The translations under genes were made by a program, and so were the position numbers. Below the pieces are notes generated by a model that had not been told where the DNA came from, searched no databases, and saw nothing but the letters and a program-made list of their open reading frames with translations. Shown one piece after another: positions 34,461 through 43,048 of a stretch of 55,232 bases of DNA; positions within the stretch are counted from its first letter, which is position 1, and the number at the start of each line of letters is the position of its first letter. The stretch covers positions 1 through 55,232 of IMG/VR virus record IMGVR_UViG_3300034160_000067; one strand, written 5' to 3'. Source of the DNA: a virus. Taxonomy: Duplodnaviria; Caudoviricetes.

Positions 34461-36332
34461 CGACTTCGCTTCAGCGTCGATGATCGACACGCCCGCAGCC
34501 GCTGCATCGATGAGTGAAGTTGCCTCGGCCTCCGCGTCGATCATCGAGAAGCTGCTCACCTCGATCTCGAACACGATGACCTCGCCCGTGAGCTGCTGCC
34601 CCTGTGCGAGCATTGAGTCAAGGAAATCCGCCAGTACGGCGTCACCGATGATCGTGCGTGACGTAAACGCAGTAACGATGTCGGGTGAATCAGTAACGAT
34701 CACTCTCGCAGTGATATTGACTGAAGTACTAGAGTTCGAGACATCGCGCGCATCAGCCATCGCAGCATTCGCGGCGAAGGTGAGCGCGCCAGAAGATGCG
34801 AGAGTGTCTGCGATGTCAGTAATCGAGCCGGCCGCGCCGACGACGAGCACGGCCACCGAGGCCGCGCGATCCCTTGCGTCGGTCACGCTGACGTTGGCCT
34901 GCGTCGCGGGAGCGCCGCCCGCCGCGGCCATCTGATCCGCGCTGTCGGCCTTCGAGAACGTCGCGATGACCGGCAGGCCCGCGGTGGCCGCCAGTGTGTC
35001 GATCGCATCGGCGAGCGCCGCCGCCATCGCCATCGCGAGTGTGCCCGTCGACGCAACGCGGTCGTTGCTGTCGATCAGGCTCACGGTCGCGTTCGCGCCA
35101 GCCGAGCCGAGAACGCCAGCCGCGACTTCCGTGTCGCGCGCATCGGTGAGCGCCGAGGCCGCTGCGACCGCCGCCGCCGTCGCCGCCGCGATCGTATCCG
35201 CCGTGTCGGAGAGGCTCGCGATCGCCGCCGTCGACAGCGCCGCGCCGCTCGCCAGCACGTCGAACGCATCCGCGAGCGCCGCCGAGAGGCCCGCCGTCAG
35301 CACCGAGACCGATACCAGCGCGTCGCGCGCGTCGGTGAGATTGCTGATCGCCTGCGTGACCGGGGCACCGCCCGCCGAGGAAAGCTGGTCGGCGGCGTCG
35401 GTGATCGTCGAGACCGCTACCGCCGCGAGCGCCGTCGCCGCGAGCAGCGAGTCGGCCGCGTCGTTGATCGCTGTGGCCGCCGCGACGGGGATTGTCGCCG
35501 CCGAGACGAGCGTGTCGCGGGCGTCGTTCAGCGACGCAGCGAAGCCGGCCGTAGCGGACATCGCCGCCGTGAACACGTCGACCAGATCGTTGAGCGTGGC
35601 CGCCGCTGCCGTCGCCAGCGCCGTCGCCGCCGCGAGCCTGTCTGCATCATCCGCCTTCGCGAATGAGGCCGCCGTAGCGGCTGCTGCGGCTGCCGCGAGG
35701 GTGTCGACGCTATCGGCCAGCGCGCTCGTTGCGGCAGCGGCGACGGCAGCCGCCGCCGAGAGCGTGTCGGGGGCGTCGGTGACGGTCAGCGAAGCGTTCG
35801 CGCCTGCGGTGCTGCTCGTGCCGTCGCTCGCGAGAAGATCGGGGTCATCGGTCTTCGACAGGGCGGCGGCCACCGCTTCGGCCGTCGTCGAGGCGATCGT
35901 GTCGGATCGGTCGGTGACGGACGCCGCTGCCGCTACCGCGTTCGCGCTCGTCGCTGCGATCGTGTCGGGCGCATCCGTCTTCGAGAGCGCGGCGGCGACC
36001 GCCTCGGTCGCGATCGCCGACAACGGGTCGGGCGAATCCGTGACCGCGAGCGCCGCATTGGCCGCCGTAACTCCGTTCGTGCCTGTGGACGCAAGCGTGT
36101 CGAGAGCGTCGGTGATGGATGCGGCGGCGGCTGTCGCCACTGTCGCCGTTGCGACCATCCCTTCGCCGCCGTCGTAGACCGCCAGCGTCGCCGAGATACT
36201 GATCGTGCCTGATGCGCTGATCGACTCTTTCGAGTCGACGACGATCAGCGATCCTTGCGTTCCGCTGCTGCCCTGCGTGCCTCGGATGTAGGTGCCGAAG
36301 CTGCCTGCGCCAAATGGGCCGTGGCCGAACAT
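34449..36332 (-). CDS. Ala-rich fibre-like protein with about 24 DxxD repeats of 21-aa period
   Basis: MFGHGPFGAGSFG N-terminus; repeats such as AAALSKTDAPDTIAATS, AASLNDARDTLVSAA. Confidence 0.85.
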   Translation of the reverse strand: MFGHGPFGAGSFGTYIRGTQGSSGTQGSLIVVDSKESISASGTISISATLAVYDGGEGMVATATVATAAAASITDALDTLASTGTNGVTAANAALAVTDSPDPLSAIATEAVAAALSKTDAPDTIAATSANAVAAAASVTDRSDTIASTTAEAVAAALSKTDDPDLLASDGTSSTAGANASLTVTDAPDTLSAAAAVAAAATSALADSVDTLAAAAAAATAASFAKADDADRLAAATALATAAAATLNDLVDVFTAAMSATAGFAASLNDARDTLVSAATIPVAAATAINDAADSLLAATALAAVAVSTITDAADQLSSAGGAPVTQAISNLTDARDALVSVSVLTAGLSAALADAFDVLASGAALSTAAIASLSDTADTIAAATAAAVAAASALTDARDTEVAAGVLGSAGANATVSLIDSNDRVASTGTLAMAMAAALADAIDTLAATAGLPVIATFSKADSADQMAAAGGAPATQANVSVTDARDRAASVAVLVVGAAGSITDIADTLASSGALTFAANAAMADARDVSNSSTSVNITARVIVTDSPDIVTAFTSRTIIGDAVLADFLDSMLAQGQQLTGEVIVFEIEVSSFSMIDAEAEATSLIDAAAAGVSIIDAEAKSLVP

Positions 36333-37351
36333 CAGTGCAGTCTCGGGCCGGTGCCCGTCAGGTTCCAGCCGCTTGTCGTGAACGTGCCCGTGAGCACGTT
36401 GCTGTCATTCGTGCCATCGTTCTGCACGATCGCGTAGGCGTAGGTCGTGCTGCCGGTCAGGCCACTGATAGCCACATCGGGCGTCGTGTCCGTGACCGCG
36501 ACGTTGTCACTGAACGCTGCCGCGCCGCCGCTCGCCTTCTGGCCGAGCTTGATCTGCGCGGCCGTCACGCCTGCGAGATTCGCCGCCGTGTCGACGACAA
36601 CGTAAAGCGTGCCGCTGCTGGTGTCCGTCGTGCATCCGACCGTGGCGCTAGTCGCGCTGGCGATTTCACCGGACGGGGTCGGCGAGGAAATAACCGCTCC
36701 GCCGACCGCAGATACGTTGAAAACCGCGATGATTCCCGAGCGCGATATTGAATCTTGATTTGATGTCGCGCCGGTAGACGTTGTCCCGCCACCGTCAAAG
36801 GCCAAGCCGCCCAATCCAATGCCATACCACGGTGACGCGCCAGCACCGAGTAGCTGGCCGACTTCAGTGTATGAACTCAGCCATGTGTTGAAATCCAGAA
36901 ACGCCGCAACGGTGCCGTGCATCACGATATGGCCGAGGGCGAATTTCCGCCCCGCTGATGTCGTTGGAGACGTGGGAGTCGTGTAGTTGGATGGCGCACT
37001 CGGTCCGGTATTCGTGTTCTGTTTCGCAGATACGTCCTTCGGAGACGCACTGCTGATGTTGGTATGGCCCACCAGCAAATACGAGCTCTTGCTCGCGCTT
37101 CCGATGGTGTAGGAGACGGAGGTCTCAGTGCCATCTGAAATCTTGAACCAGAAGTACGAGCCGTGGAACGAGCCTTCCGCCGATCCGACTTCTTCTGCAA
37201 CCGTCCAGCCGGCAGGGTTTCCGGTCTTGTAGTCATCCGACGCCACATGCAACGTCAGCAGCGTCCCAGTCGCCTGCGCGCTGAAACCCACGTTCGTCGT
37301 CGCGGTGGTGGAGTCGCCCGACGTGATCTGTGTTGAGACTGGATCCGCCAC
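36332..37351 (-). CDS. Beta-rich structural/adhesin-like protein with C-terminal FN3-like domain
   Basis: Ser/Thr/Gly-rich; ISGLTGSTTYAY..VQ.D...DSNV FN3 pattern; visibly lower GC3. Confidence 0.75.
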   Translation of the reverse strand: MADPVSTQITSGDSTTATTNVGFSAQATGTLLTLHVASDDYKTGNPAGWTVAEEVGSAEGSFHGSYFWFKISDGTETSVSYTIGSASKSSYLLVGHTNISSASPKDVSAKQNTNTGPSAPSNYTTPTSPTTSAGRKFALGHIVMHGTVAAFLDFNTWLSSYTEVGQLLGAGASPWYGIGLGGLAFDGGGTTSTGATSNQDSISRSGIIAVFNVSAVGGAVISSPTPSGEIASATSATVGCTTDTSSGTLYVVVDTAANLAGVTAAQIKLGQKASGGAAAFSDNVAVTDTTPDVAISGLTGSTTYAYAIVQNDGTNDSNVLTGTFTTSGWNLTGTGPRLH

Positions 37352-37352
37352 G

Positions 37353-37529
37353 CTATGCCGCCTTCCGCAAGTTGCTGCGATCCTTCCGCAGGCCGCCCTT
37401 CATCACGACGCGCCCGTTCTTGTCGAGGAACTGCACGCGGCGATGACCGCGATAGACGCATTGCAGCGAGCAGAACGTGTGACGCGGGGGCGTCAGGGGG
37501 TACTCGCAGACGACGCACTTGAGGGTCAC
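37353..37529 (-). CDS. Small treble-clef zinc-finger protein (CxxC-x10-FCSxxC)
   Basis: GTG start with GAGG RBS; MTLKCVVCEYPLTPPRHTFCSLQCVYRGHRR...; 58 aa, not in ORF track. Confidence 0.7.
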   Translation of the reverse strand: MTLKCVVCEYPLTPPRHTFCSLQCVYRGHRRVQFLDKNGRVVMKGGLRKDRSNLRKAA

Positions 37530-37707
37530 GGATAGACCCTCACGCGATCAAGCGCAATCGGTCGCGAGCCATACAGACGACCGGGAACGGGCTTGCCGCC
37601 TCTCACAATCGGCAGCACGTACCGATGCGCGCGATAGACGCACTCAAGGGAGCAGAACGTGGTCTGCGGTGGTGCGAGGTTCACGTTGCACCACGCGCAA
37701 GCGTCAC
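37526..37707 (-). pseudogene. Paralogous zinc-finger gene, out of frame with its apparent GTG start
   Basis: CAWCNVNLAPPQTTFCSLECVYRAHR aligns with the neighbour, but GTG ACG CT|TGC lacks one base for frame. Confidence 0.55.
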
Positions 37708-38123
37708 GCGCGGATTTCGTCGGCACGGCCCGCCGCCAGCAGGCCGAGCGATTCCAGAAACGCGAGGCCCGCGATAACGTCGGCGTCGTCGAGGTCAATC
37801 TCGTTGTCCTTCACGGCGTCGAGATCCTTCTGCATCGTCGTGAGCGCCGCGCGGGTCTGCGCGTCGAAGTCCATGTTGGTCGGCGCGGCGTCGCAGGCGA
37901 CGCGCTCCGGGAACGTGAATCGTCGACGAAACGCGAGCGTCGAGATCGTGCGCGGCGCTGCACTCGTTGCTTCCTCGATGCCCAGCGTCGGCGTGTTCCC
38001 CAGCGCACACCACGCCAGCCATTCGAGATGTTCGGGCGACTGATCGTCGGCGACCGGAGTGACCTGCACTCCGTCAGACGTGCGGACGACGATGCCCGCG
38101 CCGGGGTAGTAGGTGTAGCTCAA
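37704..38123 (-). CDS. Fibre assembly chaperone-like protein
   Basis: EWLAWCALGNTP and ISTLAFRRRFTFPER...GLL...RADEI motifs, typical of genes following phage fibre genes. Confidence 0.7.
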   Translation of the reverse strand: MSYTYYPGAGIVVRTSDGVQVTPVADDQSPEHLEWLAWCALGNTPTLGIEEATSAAPRTISTLAFRRRFTFPERVACDAAPTNMDFDAQTRAALTTMQKDLDAVKDNEIDLDDADVIAGLAFLESLGLLAAGRADEIRA

Positions 38124-39292
38124 TTGTCGGACTCCATGTATCCGCTGAACAGCGTCAGGCCCACGACGCTCGAAGTGCCGCCGACGCTGTGATACGCGCG
38201 CGGGCCGACCGTGGTGGATGCCGCGATCAGGTCGGTGGTCGCGACGCTGGTGACGGGCGTGCCAACTGCCTCATCGGTGAACGTCACGCCGATGCTGCCG
38301 CCGCCCGGGGGGCAGAAGATCGAGACCGTGTAGACGCTCGGCCGGTCGGTGCTGGGCCGCGCGACGCCCGTGTCGACCTTCGTCGCGGTGCCGCTGGCGT
38401 CGTTGAACATGAATTGCCAGTTGCCGTCCGCGGCGTCGTAGCCCGCGCCTGCGATGTTCACCTGCGACGATGGCTGCACGTCGGTCGGCGCTGCGGTCGC
38501 AGCGGCCATGCCGACGAAGAAGCGCCGCGTTCCGACTGTGCCGCCTGTCGCGGGCGAGACGCGGAAAATGTGGTGGAAGCCCTCGTTGGTGCGATAGGCG
38601 TTCGTCGCCGCGCGGTAGCCTGCGACGGCGGTCGCGGCGGCGGGCGTGGTGAGGTAGTCGATGCGCCGGCAGCGCGTGTGCAGCGAGGTTGTCGCGTACA
38701 CAGCGGCGGTTGCGGTGCCGGTCGCCGTGAGTGCCGCAGCGCCCTCAGCCTGAATCGTGGTGCCCGTGCCCGCAGGGGTCCACCGCGCGATGCCGTTGCG
38801 GCCGACGTGGGGCTGCAACACGGAGTCGAGCCCGCTCGGGCCGATCGTGCCGAGCATCATCCGGCCGCCGATGCTCTTGCAGAACAGGCCGACCGTGTTT
38901 GCGGGCACCGCGGCAACGCCCGGCGTGAGCGGAATCCGCGCCTGTAGCGCCTGATCGAGTTGCACCGTCCGACTCGCGAGCGATGCGAGGGCGACGATCT
39001 TCGTGCCGCTCGTGAGATTGACCGCTGCGCCTGCGTTGGACGATTCGAGGATCGTCGTGCGGGTCAGTTGGTTCGCGGCGCTGTAGGTGCCGAGCCCGGC
39101 TTCGAAGTCGCCCGTCGCGTTACCGCTCGCGTCGACGGCCCACAGCGCATACCAGACCGTGTCGCCGACCGTCATCGACGGGATGCTGGCGAAGGTGCAG
39201 AAGCCGGTCAGCGCACCCGCGAGGGCGAGCGGGCCGGTCGTCGTGGACGTTGTCGTCTCTGCGACGCGGCTGGTGTCAGAGCGATGGGCCAC
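38120..39292 (-). CDS. Fibre/adhesin-like structural protein
   Basis: N-terminal RVAETTTSTTTG.LALAGA..GF...FEAGLGTY....LTRTTILESSNAGAAVN domain widespread in phage virion genes; beta-rich C-terminus. Confidence 0.75.
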   Translation of the reverse strand: MAHRSDTSRVAETTTSTTTGPLALAGALTGFCTFASIPSMTVGDTVWYALWAVDASGNATGDFEAGLGTYSAANQLTRTTILESSNAGAAVNLTSGTKIVALASLASRTVQLDQALQARIPLTPGVAAVPANTVGLFCKSIGGRMMLGTIGPSGLDSVLQPHVGRNGIARWTPAGTGTTIQAEGAAALTATGTATAAVYATTSLHTRCRRIDYLTTPAAATAVAGYRAATNAYRTNEGFHHIFRVSPATGGTVGTRRFFVGMAAATAAPTDVQPSSQVNIAGAGYDAADGNWQFMFNDASGTATKVDTGVARPSTDRPSVYTVSIFCPPGGGSIGVTFTDEAVGTPVTSVATTDLIAASTTVGPRAYHSVGGTSSVVGLTLFSGYMESDN

Positions 39293-39305
39293 GGACTACC
39301 TCATT

Positions 39306-39335
39306 CGACGGCGCCCCGGTGAAGGGGCGCCGTCG
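39306..39335. other. Perfect 12-bp stem hairpin, intergenic
   Basis: CGACGGCGCCCC-ggtgaa-GGGGCGCCGTCG; no U-tract. Confidence 0.7.
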
Positions 39336-39341
39336 CTGTCA

Positions 39342-39521
39342 TCAGCCGAGGGCGGCAGCCTTCTCGGCGTCGAGAGCGGCGACGAGCGCCGCCTTCTCTG
39401 CGGCCACCTGATCGGCGATCTTGTCGAGCGCGCCGAGCAAGATGGCGGCGTCTTCGTCCCGATGGCCCGAGACGGACTTGATCGCATCGCTGGCGATCTC
39501 CAGCTTTCGCTTCAGATTCAT
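39342..39521 (-). CDS. Small helical hypothetical protein (59 aa)
   Basis: MNLKRKLEIASDAIK...; TAATG overlap with upstream gene, GGAG RBS. Confidence 0.7.
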   Translation of the reverse strand: MNLKRKLEIASDAIKSVSGHRDEDAAILLGALDKIADQVAAEKAALVAALDAEKAAALG

Positions 39522-40126
39522 TACTGGTTCGCTCCGGTGATCTGGAAGGTGTTGACGGTCCACGCCTGCGCGGCTGCGGCCACGACGTTGTCGAGCGTCA
39601 TGTCGCCGCCGAAGGTGATGGCCGTGGTGTTCGCGACGCCTGCGGTGGAGGTCATCGAGAGCGTGACCGTCGTGCCCGTGGTCGCGACGACCGTTGTGCC
39701 GACCGGGATGCCGGTGCCGCTCACGTTCATGCCGGTGACGACACCCGTGGTCGCGGCGAACGTCAGCACGTTGCCGTTGGCCGCCGTGAGCGCGCTGGTC
39801 GTGAGGCTGACCACCTGCGTGACCGAGCCCTGAAGATGGCACGTCGTGCCGGCCGTATCCTTGATGCGGAAGTGGCCGACCGTGCCCGCGCCCGTGAAGG
39901 TGCCCGTCCACGCGCCGGCTTTCGCCTTCGAGCCCGCGCTTGCCGCGGCGAGCCAGTCGGACGGCAGCGCCGTGCCGCCCGTGTTGAGCAGCGTGCCGCT
40001 GTCGGCCGCCGCGCAGTTGGCTGGCGCAGCGCCCGTGAAGAAGTAGAGCTTGGGGGCCGTGCCGATCGTCGTCTCTCTCGAATCGAGGCCGTTGTTCACG
40101 ACCGCCTGCGAATACTGATGTGCCAT
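39521..40126 (-). CDS. Virion structural protein (fibre/filament subunit candidate)
   Basis: N.LD...LYFFTGAAPA....DSGTLL, GTVGHFRI.D, QGSV, DMTLDN motifs; GGAG RBS. Confidence 0.75.
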   Translation of the reverse strand: MAHQYSQAVVNNGLDSRETTIGTAPKLYFFTGAAPANCAAADSGTLLNTGGTALPSDWLAAASAGSKAKAGAWTGTFTGAGTVGHFRIKDTAGTTCHLQGSVTQVVSLTTSALTAANGNVLTFAATTGVVTGMNVSGTGIPVGTTVVATTGTTVTLSMTSTAGVANTTAITFGGDMTLDNVVAAAAQAWTVNTFQITGANQ

Positions 40127-40178
40127 GCGTGGGGTCTCCGAGGTTTATCCGAGCGGGTCATCCCGAAATTTCCCCGGC

Positions 40179-40207
40179 ATCGTATCCCTGCACAGTTGAG
40201 AACGCAA
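40179..40207 (-). promoter_or_regulatory. Sigma70-like promoter for the accessory structural module
   Basis: TTGCGT-17-TACGAT right after the terL stop; -35 overlapped by CAACGCACGGTTG (40205-40217). Confidence 0.65.
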
Positions 40208-40219
40208 CGCACGGTTGAT

Positions 40220-42301
40220 TCAACCGAGCATGGCCGCCAGCTCCTGCAGCGTCGGAGTCTTCCGTTCGACGGCTGCGAATGACGTCGGCTTGTCCGGTGT
40301 CGGCACGAAGAGCAGATCGTTCGAGTCCCACTCCGCGGCCCAGCCGGGCGGATCACTCCAGTCGATGTGCTCCGCCCGCAGATGTACTGTCAGCCCAATA
40401 CCGTACGTGAATAGATCCCACGCTTCATTCCGATACGAGCGCGGGTTCTCCCACCCTTTCGGCGTACGCCTTTCGACACACATCTCAGTGAAGAACTCGT
40501 CAGGAAGCCAGTCAGGGAAATGTATCTCGCCACCACCCGGCTCTTTACGGTCGAGCATTGCATTGAGCCGGTCCTTCAGAACATTCACGTTCATCATCAA
40601 CACCGGGACTTCACCACGAGCGCCTGCCGTGCGGCCCTTGTTGTTGCCGCTGTCGGGGTAGCTCACGCGCACGCGCGGGGCGCCCGGCTTCGCGTCGCCC
40701 TTCAGCAGCAGCAGGCGCTTGTGCATGCCGGTGCCGCTGTCGCGCAGCTTCTTCCAGAACGTGTAGGCGTTGTTCGTCACGCCCGAGCGGCCGCCCGAGT
40801 CGCACGCCGTCAGCTTGATCGGCATGTGCCGGCCGGAGCCATCGTCGATGGGGTAGCTCTTCAGCGCGACCTCTTCAAGCAGCAGGTCCCAGTCCTCGAT
40901 GTACGCCGCCGGCTTCACCCACAGGCGATCGCCCTCCGCGTCCGTGCGTTTCGATTTCAGGATGTCGAACCGGTCGATCACCCACATGTCCGCGCCGACG
41001 CCGATGCCGAACACCTGCACGACCCATTTGTTCTTCTGCACGTCGGCCGTCGCGATGAGGAAGCGCACGCCCTCGGGCACGACCTTCTCTGGCACGGGCT
41101 CCGCGCGCGCCTTCATCTCTTCAGGCAGGCGTGTGTTCTCCATGCCGCGCGGCAGATACGGCTTGCCTTGGTCCGTGTTGACGGTCGACTTCAAGGCCTC
41201 GTCGCTGCCCGTGCGCTCGTACTCCTGCTCCGCCTTCACGTAGTTCAGGACGAGCGTCTTCCACGTCGCGAACGCGGCCGCGACGCCCTTGAGCCAGAAC
41301 GACGCGACATCGCTGCGGTACGGCGTGCCGGTGATCTCGCGCTCGCGCGTGACCTTCTGCCCGTCGCGCACCCAGAGCCCGAGCTGGTTCATGTCGTACT
41401 TCTGGCCGTGCTCGATCAGCGCGCTGCAGTGAGGGCAGCGCATCTTCGCGCTCTCCGCGCTTTCGAGCAGGTCGTCGGAGTCCACCCACGTCAGCAGATC
41501 GAAGTCACCCTCGAAGTACTCGTGGCAGTGCGGGCACGGCCAGAGCCAGCGCCTGCGGTCGCCGCGATTGTAGAGCGCGAGAATGCCCGGGCACGGCGGC
41601 GCTTCGTTCGGCGTCCTCGGCATCCAGCGCAGATCCTCGATCGAGTAGCCGGGCGAGGATTCGGCGAGCGTCTTCGCGAACGTGCGGAACGTCGTCGTGC
41701 GCTTGCGCGCGAGATCGAACGGCGATCCCTCGCCGTCGATGTTCTCTGGCATGCGGTCGTAGTCAGTGAGGGCCACGCGCGGGATCGGGCGCCCCGACAG
41801 CTCGTTGATCGCGGGCCACGAGAGCGTGAGCATCATGCCGCTGCGATACAGCTTGTCGAATGTGTTGTCGCTGTCGCGCCGCTTGATCATCTTGTTGCCT
41901 GTCTCCGGCGAGTGCCGGTGCAGGCGATCGAGGCGGCGCCGTGAGAAGTCGCGCGCCGCGGCCTGCGACTTTTCGACGAGCAGGAAGTCCGCGGGGTCCG
42001 ACATGATGGACGCGGTGATCCAGTTCAGGATCAGCTCGGTCTTGCCCGCCTGCGCCGGGCCCGCGAAGATCACTGCGTTGTAGGCGCGATCGCCGAGCGC
42101 ATCCATGGCCTCCGTGAGGTAGGGCGCGGTCGAGTTCATCCACGGGCCGACGTACGAACCCGGGTTGTTCAAGTGCCGGTAGCGCTCCGCGGCCGTGCTG
42201 ATCGACAGTCGTTCGGGCGGCTTGAGAATCTCACTGAGGTCGTGGATGACCTCAGTCAAGTTCCTGTAACGCGGCTGCAGGTTCTTCTTGATCATCGCCA
42301 T
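40220..42301 (-). CDS. terL: Terminase large subunit (lambda gpA family)
   Basis: Walker A GPAQAGKTE, LTDYDRM, ESSP, CPHC zinc motifs, ADVQ, CDSGG, RNEAWDL. Confidence 0.96.
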   Translation of the reverse strand: MAMIKKNLQPRYRNLTEVIHDLSEILKPPERLSISTAAERYRHLNNPGSYVGPWMNSTAPYLTEAMDALGDRAYNAVIFAGPAQAGKTELILNWITASIMSDPADFLLVEKSQAAARDFSRRRLDRLHRHSPETGNKMIKRRDSDNTFDKLYRSGMMLTLSWPAINELSGRPIPRVALTDYDRMPENIDGEGSPFDLARKRTTTFRTFAKTLAESSPGYSIEDLRWMPRTPNEAPPCPGILALYNRGDRRRWLWPCPHCHEYFEGDFDLLTWVDSDDLLESAESAKMRCPHCSALIEHGQKYDMNQLGLWVRDGQKVTREREITGTPYRSDVASFWLKGVAAAFATWKTLVLNYVKAEQEYERTGSDEALKSTVNTDQGKPYLPRGMENTRLPEEMKARAEPVPEKVVPEGVRFLIATADVQKNKWVVQVFGIGVGADMWVIDRFDILKSKRTDAEGDRLWVKPAAYIEDWDLLLEEVALKSYPIDDGSGRHMPIKLTACDSGGRSGVTNNAYTFWKKLRDSGTGMHKRLLLLKGDAKPGAPRVRVSYPDSGNNKGRTAGARGEVPVLMMNVNVLKDRLNAMLDRKEPGGGEIHFPDWLPDEFFTEMCVERRTPKGWENPRSYRNEAWDLFTYGIGLTVHLRAEHIDWSDPPGWAAEWDSNDLLFVPTPDKPTSFAAVERKTPTLQELAAMLG

Positions 42302-42803
42302 CGAATTTCCCTTCGAGCAGTGTTTGCTGCAGATCCACGAGCAGTGCATCCGACAGTTCGAGAATGACCTTGCGCTGACGCTCGTCGAGCCCCACGCGCG
42401 CTTCGACCGAATCACTGAACAGCAGCACGGTCGTCTTCAATCGCTTGAACACCTCAGCCATCGCCGCGACGACCGCGTCGGTATCCCAGAGGTCGCCCTT
42501 GTTCACCTCGAACTTCTGGCGGCTGAGCTGTGCCTGCCAGAAATCCTTCTGCAGCTGGGACGGCAGCTTGTCGGGCTTGAGCTGGGAGAGGTACTCCTCG
42601 ACGTTCATCACCGGGTCGCACAAGTACGGCGCGACGTCCTTCATCGCGTAGACCGGGAAGCCGGCGTTCATGCCCGAGGGCTTCACCTCGCGGATCTTCT
42701 GGGAGACGTCGCGCTTGTCCTTGCCGAAGATCAGCGCGAGCACCGAGATGCTCACCCCATCGAATAGAATGGCCTTCTCTTCAGTGGTTCTTGCTACGGC
42801 CAT
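42252..42803 (-). CDS. terS: Terminase small subunit (DUF1441-like)
   Basis: N-terminal winged HTH, LPSQLQKDFW, GDLWDT; directly upstream of terL. Confidence 0.88.
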   Translation of the reverse strand: MAVARTTEEKAILFDGVSISVLALIFGKDKRDVSQKIREVKPSGMNAGFPVYAMKDVAPYLCDPVMNVEEYLSQLKPDKLPSQLQKDFWQAQLSRQKFEVNKGDLWDTDAVVAAMAEVFKRLKTTVLLFSDSVEARVGLDERQRKVILELSDALLVDLQQTLLEGKFDGDDQEEPAAALQELD

Positions 42804-42836
42804 AATGATCCCGAGTTGAATGGAGTGATGAGATAG

Positions 42837-43048
42837 GTGATACCAGATCTGTTACCAGCGTCCGGGGCCCTTCCAAGTACATGAAAGCAAACAACATTTC
42901 GTTCACTTTTTTCCTTCGAGTCTACTGGGATGACCCGCATTCTGTAATTTCAAACACATAGAGGTCACTTTGCCCCGAAGAAACGCACTGTGATTTCAGT
43001 TAATATCACTGCTCTCAACTATTTGTTGGTTACCGGGGGTGTTACCAC
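42837..43048. mobile_element. attP-like region
   Basis: AT-rich gap beside the integrase, bracketed by paired arm-type repeats GTGATACCAG/CTGTTACCAG (42837, 42849) and TGGTTACCGG/GTGTTACCAC (43027, 43039), both pairs with 12-bp period. Confidence 0.65.

Noticed and set aside
13501-40126. Diversity-generating retroelement targeting fibre genes
   Set aside because: No reverse transcriptase motifs in any ORF, and no template/variable repeat pair differing at adenines was seen by eye.
42915-42937. tRNA fragment (TTCGAGTC) as att core
   Set aside because: Resembles a T-loop, but there is no pairing T-stem, no CCA end and no cloverleaf; the att core cannot be assigned without a host sequence.
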